DNA from: a bacterium
GTDB taxonomy: Bacteria > Electryoneota > Electryoneia > Electryoneales > Electryoneaceae
Reading direction: 5' to 3'
DNA length: 64,000 bases
Assembly (NCBI GenBank): GCA_963669175.1
Contig: OY769902.1
Location: 5,280,001 to 5,344,000 of the forward strand
Part shown: piece after piece, positions 20,638-29,010 of the stretch
How positions within the stretch are numbered: position 1 is the first letter of the stretch
Layout of the letters: every line of letters begins with the position of its first letter
Translations under genes and position numbers: made by a program
Notes under the pieces: model-generated
Told to the model about the DNA's origin: nothing
Seen by the model: only the letters and a program-made list of their open reading frames with translations
Databases searched by the model: none

Positions 20638-20962
20638 TTCGATTCACAATTCGATTCACAAGATGGACAGGATGAAAACACAATTAACAGGATGGATTTT
20701 ATTGTATTTACAGGATGCAAAGGATGATTAGGATATCAAGGATGAAAGAAGCAAATAAGGCAAAAAAGATAAAGGAAATAGAAAAAGCGAAAAAAATTCT
20801 TTTTAGATCTAATAACATCTTAATTTGTTAATAAAATTCCTAATTTCTAATTCCTAATTATTAATTAAGCTGTTATCCTTAATATCCTATCATCCTATTA
20901 TCCTGTGAGTTAAAAAGAATCATCCTGAATATTTTAGTTATATCTTGTATATCCTGTAAATC
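20638..20962 (+). repeat. Junction cassette B
   Basis: GATTCACAAGATGGACAGGATG...GATATCAAGGATGAAA left arm; TTCCTAATTTCTAATTCCTAA; right arm TTATCCTTAATATCCTATCATCCTATTATCCTGTGAGT...ATCTTGTATATCCTGTAAATC. Confidence 0.85.
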
Positions 20963-20981
20963 CCAGCGTGAGGGGAAAACG

Positions 20982-23201
20982 ATGCGGATTTGGATCGCAT
21001 GTTTGTTACTGGTCAGTATCCTGGTCAGTCCGGGGTTCAGCGAGGAGATGAACATCTCCTTCTGGCATCAGCTCAACTATGCCGAGCGGGTGGTGCTGGA
21101 TGAGCTGATCGAGGAATACGAGGCGACACATTCGGGGATCACGGTCACTCCGATTTACCGTGAGACGGAAGAACTGCGTTCCGCGTACCAGAACTCAGCG
21201 CTTGCGGGCACCGGGCCGGAACTGGTGCATGGCCCCTCGGACCAGATCGGTCCCTTTGCCACCATGAGCATTGTACGTCCGATGGAGACCCTCCTGTCCC
21301 AGGCCGAGCTGGACCGCTTAAACCCGCAGGCGCTGGTCTGGTTCAAGGGCGAGCACGACAGCACCGAACATCTCTACCAGGTCGCGGACCGCCTGGGCAA
21401 TCACCTCACCCTGATCTACAACAAGAAGTACATCACTGAACCACCAACGACCACCGACGACCTGATCAGGATCGGGCAAGAGCAGACAGTTGATATCAAC
21501 GGCGACGGTAAAATCGACCGTTTCGGCCTGGTCTGGAACTTCACCGAACCCTATTTCTTCATTCCCTGGCTGTCTGGGTTCGGCGGCTGGGTGATGGATG
21601 ATGAATACCGTCCTACGCTCGATACCGAAGCCAATCGCAACGCCCTGCAATTCATCATTGACCTGCGTGACAAGTACAAAATCACCCCGCAAAACGCCGA
21701 CTACGAAACCGCGCACAACCTGTTCCTGGAAGAGATGTCGACCATGATCATCAATGGCGACTGGTCCTGGGGCACGTATATCGATAACGGTATCGACATC
21801 GGGGTGGCACGCATCCCGATGGTATCCGAAACCGGGCTGTGGGCCGCGCCGATGGTATCGCCACGCGGGTACAGCATCAATGTGAACATCGAAGAGGCCA
21901 AGCTCGAACCGACACTGGAACTGCTGCGATTCTTCCTGAGCGATGAAGCCCAGCTAAGGATGGCGTTGGCGACCAACATCACCCCCACCAGCAAGACGGT
22001 ATTCGACACGCCGGAACTACAGGCCAACCCGATCATGCAGGCCAGCCTGAGCGAGATCGAGGTTTGCAAACCAATGCCGGTCGCCCCGGAACTGCGTGCG
22101 ATCTGGGACTCCATGCGTCCCTTTTACCAGGCCGCGCTCGGGGGCACCTCCACCGCTGCCGAATCTGCTGCGGGGATGCAGAAAGAAGCGATACGCAAAA
22201 TCCGTGAGATGAACGAGATCACCCAACCGGCCGCCTATGTCGTGATCATGAAGATCTTCGTGTTGTTGGCGCTGGTGGTGGGGATCTGGTTCACACGTTC
22301 AAGCTGGGCAGAGCTGATTCGTGACCTGCGCAAACGTCCGTTCATCTACTGGATGGTCATGCCGGCGTTCATTGTCATCGTGTTGGTGGTGGTTTATCCG
22401 TTTATCTATAACGTAATCCTGTCCGTCTCGAACATGGGCCTGCGGAACTTCGCCAACTGGGAAATAGTCGGCTTGCAGAATTACGGGCAGGTATTCCTTC
22501 ACCCGGATTTTTATACGGTCCTGTTCAAGACGATTGTCTGGACTGTGGTCAATGTGGGATTTCATGTGATCCTGGGCGTGTTCCTGGCCCTGCTGATGAA
22601 CCGTGTCCTGCCGGGCAAAGGCGTGATTCGTACCCTGCTGATCCTGCCCTGGGCGGTGCCGCAGTACATCACCGCGCTGACCTGGCGTGGGATGTTCAAC
22701 CAGGAATACGGCGCGGTGAACCTGATCATCGCCAAGTACCTGCACATGCCGATTGTCAACTGGCTGGGGTCGCCCTTTGAAGCGTTCCTCGCCTGTATCA
22801 TCACCAATGTCTGGCTGGGCTTCCCCTTCATGATGATCGTGGCGCTGGGCGGGTTGCAGTCGATTCCGTACCAGTTGTACGAAGCGGCGGACATTGACGG
22901 CGGCGGATGGTACACCAAGCTGACCAAGATCACGCTACCCCTGCTCAAACCGGTGATGACCCCGGCGATGGTGCTGGGCATGGTCTGGACCTTCAACCAG
23001 CTCAATGTTATCTGGCTGGTATCGAACGCGGGCGAGCCCTCGGACAAGACGCATATCCTGGTGTCGTTCGTATATAAGAGCGCTTTTAACCTGTACCGGT
23101 ATTCCTATGCCGCTGCGATGAGCATGGTGATCTTTGGTATCCTGCTGGCGTTCGGGATCTTCTTTATCAAACGGTCCAAAGCGACTGAAGCGGTTTACTA
23201 G
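20982..23201 (+). CDS. Fused maltodextrin-binding protein (MalE-like) and ABC permease (MalF-like)
   Basis: Signal peptide and SBP_bac_1-like region (LIYNKK, MIINGDWSW), then TM helices with LPWAVP and the EAA motif LYEAADIDG. Confidence 0.9.
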   Translation: MRIWIACLLLVSILVSPGFSEEMNISFWHQLNYAERVVLDELIEEYEATHSGITVTPIYRETEELRSAYQNSALAGTGPELVHGPSDQIGPFATMSIVRPMETLLSQAELDRLNPQALVWFKGEHDSTEHLYQVADRLGNHLTLIYNKKYITEPPTTTDDLIRIGQEQTVDINGDGKIDRFGLVWNFTEPYFFIPWLSGFGGWVMDDEYRPTLDTEANRNALQFIIDLRDKYKITPQNADYETAHNLFLEEMSTMIINGDWSWGTYIDNGIDIGVARIPMVSETGLWAAPMVSPRGYSINVNIEEAKLEPTLELLRFFLSDEAQLRMALATNITPTSKTVFDTPELQANPIMQASLSEIEVCKPMPVAPELRAIWDSMRPFYQAALGGTSTAAESAAGMQKEAIRKIREMNEITQPAAYVVIMKIFVLLALVVGIWFTRSSWAELIRDLRKRPFIYWMVMPAFIVIVLVVVYPFIYNVILSVSNMGLRNFANWEIVGLQNYGQVFLHPDFYTVLFKTIVWTVVNVGFHVILGVFLALLMNRVLPGKGVIRTLLILPWAVPQYITALTWRGMFNQEYGAVNLIIAKYLHMPIVNWLGSPFEAFLACIITNVWLGFPFMMIVALGGLQSIPYQLYEAADIDGGGWYTKLTKITLPLLKPVMTPAMVLGMVWTFNQLNVIWLVSNAGEPSDKTHILVSFVYKSAFNLYRYSYAAAMSMVIFGILLAFGIFFIKRSKATEAVY

Positions 23202-24318
23202 GCAGAATTCACAGGATGAACAGGATAAAAAACAATTAACAGGATGATAGGATAGAAGGATATCAAGGATGAAATTTAATATTGACAAAAGCACAAAAAA
23301 CAGCATTAGAGATATAATCGACAATAGCGACAAGTCACTAATGAAATATTATCTACCTTTATATAACTGTATAATTAGATCATTTGAATATAATTTTTCA
23401 CAAGGAAAAGATATAGAGAAAACAAGGATATTAACAATATTCTTTTCTCAAGTGTTAAATATTTTACCTGGATTATTAACATCAATCAACAATAGATACA
23501 TTTACGCATCAAATATATTCGTAAGATTATTACAAGAACGAATGTATGAAGGTAGATATATTATTCTAGTTGATAATGCATATTATGATTTTATGCTTAT
23601 AGAGTGGATGCAAAGAGCATATTTATATAAATCGAATCGACAATATGTAAGTTGGTTATATGGATCTGATAAAGGAACAGAACACATATTTACTCAGCAG
23701 GAAATAGATGCCAGTAATAAAAAAATAGAAAAGGCTTTATTAAATGATGGCCTGACTTACTTGAGAAATCACCCAGAGATCAGCAATGACACTATTAGTT
23801 CTATAAATCAATATCATGATCTACTTTGTCATCCAAAGATAAAGGAAATGAAAAGTTCATGGTATAAATCTCGCAAGAGAAATATCAACAACTTTGATGA
23901 TTTAAAAAGTTTTGTTATCAAGAATTTAGAGAATGATAAAATTATGTTTAGCGAATATGCTTTTGATTTTCCAGGAAACAGAGAAAAATCCAGTGCTGTC
24001 ATACACAGTAGCTGGTATAGATTAAACCACATGATTAATATTAATTATAGAGATGACTATAACGATGTTATAGAATTTGTAATAGACAATAACGAAGATG
24101 AGTCTTTAAAGATATTAAAAAATTGTCTTATTTACATTTATGGTATCTACAGGAATATGATAAACTATATCCCGACAAAAAAAATGAATATCGAAATTGA
24201 TAAAAATATTACTGATATATACGGTGTTAATATTACCAAGAATTCTTAACTTTCTATTATTTTATTATCTTGTTAATCATGTATTTATCTTGTATATCTT
24301 GTTAATCCTTGTGAGTAA
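23202..24318 (+). repeat. Junction cassette C carrying an AT-rich cargo gene
   Basis: Left arm ATTCACAGGATGAACAGGAT...AACAGGATGATAGGATAGAAGGATATCAAGGATGAAA; right arm TTATCTTGTTAATC...ATCTTGTATATCTTGTTAATCCTTGTGAGT. Confidence 0.8.
23269..24249 (+). CDS. AT-rich hypothetical protein (helical; possibly DUF5677-like)
   Basis: 326-codon ORF at about 25% GC (30/120 counted at 23281-23400). VRLLQE..YII and SSAVIH segments recall DUF5677-type proteins; family call is tentative. Confidence 0.7.
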   Translation: MKFNIDKSTKNSIRDIIDNSDKSLMKYYLPLYNCIIRSFEYNFSQGKDIEKTRILTIFFSQVLNILPGLLTSINNRYIYASNIFVRLLQERMYEGRYIILVDNAYYDFMLIEWMQRAYLYKSNRQYVSWLYGSDKGTEHIFTQQEIDASNKKIEKALLNDGLTYLRNHPEISNDTISSINQYHDLLCHPKIKEMKSSWYKSRKRNINNFDDLKSFVIKNLENDKIMFSEYAFDFPGNREKSSAVIHSSWYRLNHMININYRDDYNDVIEFVIDNNEDESLKILKNCLIYIYGIYRNMINYIPTKKMNIEIDKNITDIYGVNITKNS

Positions 24319-24335
24319 AGTTGCAGGAGTGATAG

Positions 24336-25169
24336 ATGCAGAAAGACAAGCTGTGGGTTCGGGTGATCATATACGCGATCCTGTTCGTGTTCATCGTGAT
24401 ATCGGTGTACCCGGTGATCCGTGTGCTCTCGATTTCGCTACGTCCGGGCGACCGTCTGTTGAGCACCTCGCTGGCGATCATCCCCGATGACGCGACCCTG
24501 TCGAATTTCGTGGTGCTGTTCACCGAACGTCCGTTCCTGCGTTGGGTGTGGAACAGTACGCTCGTCACCACTGCTGTAACCCTTCTCGGGGTGGCGTTGG
24601 CGTCCACCAGCGGCTACATCATGAGCCGGTATAAGTTCGTTGGACGCACGGCCGCGATGACCGCGATCCTCACCACGCAGATGTTCCCTGCGACCATGCT
24701 GCTGCTGCCGATGTACATCATTATCAGCAAGATGGGCCTGCTGAACAGCTATATCGGGCTCATTGTGGTGTACAGCGCAACCGCTCTGCCCTTCTGTGTC
24801 TGGACCATGAAAGGGTATTACGATACCATCCCCTATTCGCTGGAAGAAGCGGCGATGATTGACGGCTGCAATCGTTTTGAATCGTTTTACAAGGTCGTGC
24901 TGCCGCTGGTCAGCCCGGCGCTGGTAATTACCGGCCTGTTCAGCTTCATCTCGAGCTGGTCGGAATACCTGGTCGCGGCTCAGATCCTGCAGGACCCGAA
25001 GATGTATACGCTCCCCATCGGGCTGAAGCAGTTCCAGCAGAACATGAGCACCGACTGGGGGCTGTACTCGGCGGGGGCGCTGGTGGTGTCCATCCCGGTG
25101 ATCGTCCTGTTCATGATCGCGAATAGATGGCTGGTTAGTGGACTTACTCTCGGTGGAGTTAAGGAATGA
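24336..25169 (+). CDS. malG: Maltose/maltodextrin ABC permease (MalG-like)
   Basis: TQMFPA, KGYYDTIP, EAA motif LEEAAMIDG, WSEY and TLPIGL; ends SGLTLGGVKE. Confidence 0.88.
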   Translation: MQKDKLWVRVIIYAILFVFIVISVYPVIRVLSISLRPGDRLLSTSLAIIPDDATLSNFVVLFTERPFLRWVWNSTLVTTAVTLLGVALASTSGYIMSRYKFVGRTAAMTAILTTQMFPATMLLLPMYIIISKMGLLNSYIGLIVVYSATALPFCVWTMKGYYDTIPYSLEEAAMIDGCNRFESFYKVVLPLVSPALVITGLFSFISSWSEYLVAAQILQDPKMYTLPIGLKQFQQNMSTDWGLYSAGALVVSIPVIVLFMIANRWLVSGLTLGGVKE

Positions 25170-25468
25170 TTCACAAGATGAACAGGATAAAATAACAGGA
25201 TGAACAAGATTTGACTCACAGGATGGTAAGATAGAAGGATATCAAGGATGAAAGAAGTAAAAAAGGTAAAAAACGTAAAGAAGGTAAAGAAAGCCAGGAT
25301 AATATCTAAAAATATTCTTGAGAAATATAACTCCTTATTTCTAATTTCTAATTCCTAATTCCTAATTCCTAATTAAGAAGTTATCCTTATCATCCTATTA
25401 TCCTATCATCCTGTCAGAAGGTAGTTTATCTTGTTAATCAGCAGTTAATCCTGTATATCCTGTAAATC
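25167..25468 (+). repeat. Junction cassette D
   Basis: TGATTCACAAGATGAACAGGAT (overlaps the malG stop)...ACTCACAGGATGGTAAGATAGAAGGATATCAAGGATGAAA; (TTCCTAA)x3; right arm ending ATCCTGTATATCCTGTAAATC before the RBS. Confidence 0.85.
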
Positions 25469-25481
25469 GAGAGAGGTGAGA

Positions 25482-26120
25482 GTGGGAAAGAAGTTGTGTC
25501 CGAAGGTGATTCTTGAGGGAACACGGTTGACATTCAAGACCGAGATTGCTTTTGCCCTCAACGAGCACCCTCGTGTGGTCGGCCCCAAGAAATACCGTTA
25601 TCACAGCCCGGTAATTTCTGCGGAATGGTGCGGGTTCACCAATTTCCCGTGGGGACGTGGCCCGATCAACTTCGATCCCGAGACCGAAGAAGCGCGAGCG
25701 ATGGACGTCTACCGTACCTGGGCGCACCTGATCGAGCTGCAACGTTATTATTCGTGGATCGTTGACCGTTTCCATATCTCGACCAGGCTTTACCAGCGTC
25801 ACGTGCACGGCAAGGAATATGATTTCGGCTGGCTGGAAGAACGTCTGCACAACCTCGGCTTTCACCTGGTCGTCTGCCATCGTTCTTCGGATTCGTTCAA
25901 GGCCGCACGCAAGGAACGGTTGAAAGTATCGGGCAAACCATCTCAGTACGATAACTTGCAGGCGTTTATCGACGAGCAGAGCGAATACATTGAAGAGGGG
26001 CGGAAATCCCTGTTGCCCTGCCTGGAACTGGATGTGTCGGACAATTCGGTTGCGAACGCTGCGGACCGTATCGCAGACTGGCTGGGGCAAAATGGCGGCC
26101 TGTACGCGAAAGAGCCATGA
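25482..26120 (+). CDS. Hypothetical protein, nucleoside-monophosphate-kinase-like fold with degenerate P-loop
   Basis: KVILEGTRLTFKT (Walker A-like, F in place of G) and IVDRFHIS (DR motif as in thymidylate kinases). GTG start after GAGAGG; alternative start 25476. Confidence 0.6.
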   Translation: MGKKLCPKVILEGTRLTFKTEIAFALNEHPRVVGPKKYRYHSPVISAEWCGFTNFPWGRGPINFDPETEEARAMDVYRTWAHLIELQRYYSWIVDRFHISTRLYQRHVHGKEYDFGWLEERLHNLGFHLVVCHRSSDSFKAARKERLKVSGKPSQYDNLQAFIDEQSEYIEEGRKSLLPCLELDVSDNSVANAADRIADWLGQNGGLYAKEP

Positions 26121-26355
26121 TTTTTTCTCACAGGATACTAGGATATAAAGATATCAAGGATAAAGAATTATATTTAAGCTTAAAAGAAATATGTTCATAC
26201 TGTAATATATCTATCAACTATTAATTCTTAATTCTTAATTCTTAATTTATTTTCATCATCCTTTTATCCTAATATCCTGTTAGGCAATAGTAGTTAAGTG
26301 TGGCGACAGCCGAGAATAGAGTGTATCTTTCACAATCCTGTACATCCTGTAAACC
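26118..26355 (+). repeat. Junction cassette E
   Basis: TCACAGGATACTAGGATATAAAGATATCAAGGATAAA; (TTCTTAA)x3; CATCCTTTTATCCTAATATCCTGT; ATCCTGTACATCCTGTAAACC. Confidence 0.8.
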
Positions 26356-26381
26356 GGATGTTTGAACTTGCGGAGAGAACG

Positions 26382-27449
26382 ATGGCAGAAGTAATCCTGG
26401 ACAAAGTGAACAAGATTTACCCGGGCGATGTGCATGCGGTAACCGATAACTCGATCCACATCAAGGACAAGGAATTTGTCGTATTGGTCGGGCCATCCGG
26501 ATGCGGCAAGTCGACAACCCTGCGTATGATCGCCGGGCTGGAAGAGATCAGCAGTGGCACGGTTTCCATTGACGGCCGTGTGGTCAATGATGTCCCCCCG
26601 AAAGACCGTGATATCGCGATGGTCTTCCAGAACTACGCCCTCTATCCGCATATGGACGTCCGTACCAACATGGCCTTCGGGCTGAAGTTGCGGAAGTTCC
26701 CCAAGGATGAAATCGACCAGCGTGTCAATGAAGCGGCCGAGATTCTCGAACTGACTCCTCTGTTGGATCGGAAGCCGAAAGCGCTGTCCGGCGGTCAACG
26801 TCAGCGTGTGGCCCTGGGACGCGCCATTGTCCGTAAGCCGAAAGTCTTCCTCTTCGACGAACCCTTGTCCAACCTCGACGCCAAGCTGCGAAACCAGATG
26901 CGCGCCGAGATCGCCAAGCTGCACCAGAAGCTTGAAACCACGATGATTTACGTGACCCATGACCAGGTCGAAGCGATGACCATGGGAACGAAGATTGTAG
27001 TCATGAAGGACGGCATTATTCAGCAGGTCGATGCGCCGTTGGACATCTACAACAAACCGGTCAACAAGTTCGTGGCCGGATTCATCGGCTCACCAACCAT
27101 GAATTTTGTTGAAGGCACAGTCACCAACAAGACCTTCACCGCCGGACAACTGACAGTTCCTTTGGACAACTATCCAAGCTCTATTCCAAATAGTATCATC
27201 ATTCTTGGCGTTCGTCCGGAAGACCTGAACTGGGATGAAGCGCCGGGTAACGGCACCCTTACATCCATTGTAGACCTTGATGAGCCCATGGGCAGCGAAA
27301 CCCATCTGCACTTGCTGGATGGTGACACCAAATATGTTGCGAGCATAAAACCTGACGCACCCTATACAATCGGCAAAGCAGTCACTTTGCATATCGACCC
27401 GGTGAAAGTGCATTTCTTTGACCCGGTCACTCAAAAAGCGATTCGCTGA
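26382..27449 (+). CDS. malK: Sugar ABC transporter ATP-binding protein (MalK/UgpC family)
   Basis: GPSGCGKST, VFQNYALYPH, LSGGQRQR, FDEPLSNLD and YVTHDQ motifs; start after GGAGAG. Confidence 0.92.
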   Translation: MAEVILDKVNKIYPGDVHAVTDNSIHIKDKEFVVLVGPSGCGKSTTLRMIAGLEEISSGTVSIDGRVVNDVPPKDRDIAMVFQNYALYPHMDVRTNMAFGLKLRKFPKDEIDQRVNEAAEILELTPLLDRKPKALSGGQRQRVALGRAIVRKPKVFLFDEPLSNLDAKLRNQMRAEIAKLHQKLETTMIYVTHDQVEAMTMGTKIVVMKDGIIQQVDAPLDIYNKPVNKFVAGFIGSPTMNFVEGTVTNKTFTAGQLTVPLDNYPSSIPNSIIILGVRPEDLNWDEAPGNGTLTSIVDLDEPMGSETHLHLLDGDTKYVASIKPDAPYTIGKAVTLHIDPVKVHFFDPVTQKAIR

Positions 27450-27476
27450 TGGGTCGCAAAACAGGGGGGCGACACA

Positions 27477-27968
27477 GTGAAGAGACTACTCATCATAACA
27501 ATGGTTGCCATGATGGTAATGGCGGCGGGATGTCAGCAAGCTGGAACTCAAATGAGTGTTGACCTCGTCAAAGCCGCCGAAGAAGTCAACGCCTTACTTG
27601 ATCAGTATGAAACCGTTCTTGAAACGAACAACATGGAGCTGCTGTCATCGATTACAGCGCATGATGCGGACATGGTGAATTTCGGCACCTCCGCCGATGA
27701 ACGAGTTGTCGGCTGGGAAGCCCTGAGCCAGTTGATGCAGGCACAATTTGATGCGACCGAAAGTTCCGAAGTCACAGTGAAAGACCGTGTGATCAAGGTA
27801 CACGAGGAAGGCAAGGTCGCGTGGTACTCGGAAATCAATGACTGGGTTGTGACCATGAATGGCGAAGAAATGACATTGAACGGTTTCCGTGTTACGGGTG
27901 TACTGGAAAAACGTGACGGCAAGTGGTTGATCGTTCAACTGCATTTCTCGGTCCCTGATGGGGAGTAA
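27477..27968 (+). CDS. SnoaL/NTF2-like lipoprotein
   Basis: Lipobox MAAGC; C-terminal RVTGVLEKRDGKWLIVQLHFS typical of SnoaL-like domains. Confidence 0.8.
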   Translation: MKRLLIITMVAMMVMAAGCQQAGTQMSVDLVKAAEEVNALLDQYETVLETNNMELLSSITAHDADMVNFGTSADERVVGWEALSQLMQAQFDATESSEVTVKDRVIKVHEEGKVAWYSEINDWVVTMNGEEMTLNGFRVTGVLEKRDGKWLIVQLHFSVPDGE

Positions 27969-28061
27969 ACACAGTTTTTAAGAAGTATATTGCGCCGGGA
28001 TTGGTCAGGAATTGCCAGTCCCGGTTTGATGTCTGGGATACAGATTCAGCAACAACATTGA

Positions 28062-28961
28062 GTGGGAAGCATGGGCGCCAAGTATTCTCTACACTTGATA
28101 TTATTCATAGTATTTGCATGCTGCAGTGTTCCTGCCGCTTTTTCCCATCCAGAGCATAAAGCGAACAAATACACTGACCGTGGAAACGAATATGCGCGGC
28201 AGCAGGATTGGCCGCGTGCTGCAAAAGAATATGCCCATGCAATTGAACATGGGTTAAAGGATCCTGCAACCGCATATGCATGTGCGACATTCTATTGCCT
28301 GGCTGAAAAGTACAATCTTGCCTTTGCCTATCTGGACAGCGCTATTGTGTTCGATTTCACCAACGTGCAGCGTTTACGTTATGACAATAACCTGCTACCG
28401 CTTCATGAAGACCCGCGTTGGGAAAATATTGTCGATAAGATGACCATTGCCCAGGATGCATACCTGGAACGATGCCACCTGAACCGTGAAGTTTTCTACC
28501 TGTGGAAAGCTGCCCAGTTTGATCACGGCATTGCAGCAGACACGATCTCGCAGGAGGTAGTCACAGCGAATGACAACGCCAGGTTTTCACAATTGCAGGA
28601 TCAACTGAACAGAAAACAGTTGACTGTAGCGGACGACTACTATAATGCCGCCCTGATTCTATATTACTCTGAAGACCAGCAAAATCTTTCAACATGTGAA
28701 TCTTGTATTGATCAGGCAATCAAGCTGGACCCTGAAAAGGTAACCTATCAATGGTTTGCAGCGTACGTCAGGGATAAACATCTCGTAAGCCAGGGGAAGC
28801 GTCAGATTTATGGCACCCAGGTATCTCAGGATGAGAATGGATTATGGCGACTTGAACCAATCAATGAAACTACGATAAGCGATTCCGAGCGAACTCGACT
28901 TGGATTGCCTACCCTGAAGGAGTTGCAGGAACAGATCGATGAAGACAACCATGTGAAATAA
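28062..28961 (+). CDS. Secreted TPR protein with C-terminal DUF6624-like QIYGTQ domain
   Basis: Signal peptide, TPR-like helices, DK...QIYGTQ...RTRLGLPTL. Confidence 0.6.
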   Translation: MGSMGAKYSLHLILFIVFACCSVPAAFSHPEHKANKYTDRGNEYARQQDWPRAAKEYAHAIEHGLKDPATAYACATFYCLAEKYNLAFAYLDSAIVFDFTNVQRLRYDNNLLPLHEDPRWENIVDKMTIAQDAYLERCHLNREVFYLWKAAQFDHGIAADTISQEVVTANDNARFSQLQDQLNRKQLTVADDYYNAALILYYSEDQQNLSTCESCIDQAIKLDPEKVTYQWFAAYVRDKHLVSQGKRQIYGTQVSQDENGLWRLEPINETTISDSERTRLGLPTLKELQEQIDEDNHVK

Positions 28962-29010
28962 GAGCCCGGGTAGCTTACCTGATCAACATAGGCGTGTATA
29001 CTGCCAACTC

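Noticed and set aside
17720-26355. CRISPR array or integron attC array as the explanation for the recurring spacers
   Set aside because: The repeats are degenerate, inverted and separated by whole housekeeping-type genes. There are no constant-length spacers, no cas genes and no integrase in the window.
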